From an uncultured archaeon (GTDB lineage Archaea > Thermoproteota > Nitrososphaeria > Nitrososphaerales > Gagatemarchaeaceae), in contig CAWCYD010000002.1 of NCBI GenBank assembly GCA_963799775.1, positions 1 through 64,000 of the forward strand: a stretch of 64,000 nucleotides of DNA. The letters are read 5' to 3'. Positions 63,609 through 64,000 of the stretch are shown one piece after another (position 1 is the stretch's first letter; every line of letters begins with the position of its first letter). A program made the translations under genes and the position numbers. Under the pieces are notes generated by a model. It saw only the letters and a list, made by a program, of their open reading frames with translations, made no database searches and was not told the origin of the DNA.

Positions 63609-63866
63609 ATGTCAGCTGTTCCCGTAGCTCTCGGTATCATAGTCTTAGCGGCGATCTTCTTACCGGTCATACCTCATACTCAGTCGTCCTCATGGTTTTA
63701 CGGCCTCGGAAACAATACGGTCGAGGCCGACGTCTCACTGACCTTCCTTCTCGTTCACTGCGGTGCCTACATCAACGCGAATTCGACTTCGACCGTCCTA
63801 GAGGTTGGCGCATCTTCACCCGGTCCGAAGGGATACAACTTCAACTGCAACTTCCGAGTCACCTAG
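63609..63866 (+). CDS. Small hypothetical membrane or secreted protein
   Basis: N-terminal hydrophobic segment. Confidence 0.4.
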   Translation: MSAVPVALGIIVLAAIFLPVIPHTQSSSWFYGLGNNTVEADVSLTFLLVHCGAYINANSTSTVLEVGASSPGPKGYNFNCNFRVT

Positions 63867-64000
63867 GCGTTCCAGGCGAGAAAAATTCCGAGGCCCTCCC
63901 GCCACCGTCGGGAGGGTCCATTTGCGCTAACGTTCAGACTCGAGATTGTACGACCGAGACGGTCCTGATGGAGCCGAAGGTGTCGCTTCTCAGCAACTTG

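Noticed and set aside
1-64000. tRNA or rRNA genes, including a tRNA att site near the integrase
   Set aside because: No cloverleaf or rRNA-like sequence was recognised by eye; the att site is within glnA.

Overview
GC-rich (about 60% by eye) archaeal chromosomal segment. The Hef helicase, Lrp regulator, archaeal-style TATA boxes and Nitrososphaera-like surface domains suggest a non-ammonia-oxidising Nitrososphaerota lineage (inference). Many otherwise intact genes carry single-base frameshifts, most likely long-read indel errors. Positions 1-20.2 kb are mainly housekeeping genes (thrBC, Hef, acyl-CoA dehydrogenase, nth, glnA) plus a solo tnpB (IS200/IS605, IS1341-like) element. A ~21.6 kb tyrosine-recombinase island is inserted at the 3' end of glnA (20191-41843). 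It carries TA pairs, a ParA/MTase/Vsr/C5-MTase/REase operon, a Schlafen AlbA_2 protein and orphan nucleases. The main finding is at its right end: four related palindrome-rich recombination sites (37943, 38945, 41760, 41803), each encoding a glnA-like C-terminus (…FDI*). They delimit integrase-less modules of 1002 bp, 2815 bp and 43 bp, and both non-empty modules carry a TA pair. This is a candidate archaeal integron-like or dif-module-like cassette array. Positions 42-64 kb hold transporters, surface proteins and an atypical CsoR/P1B-ATPase pair.
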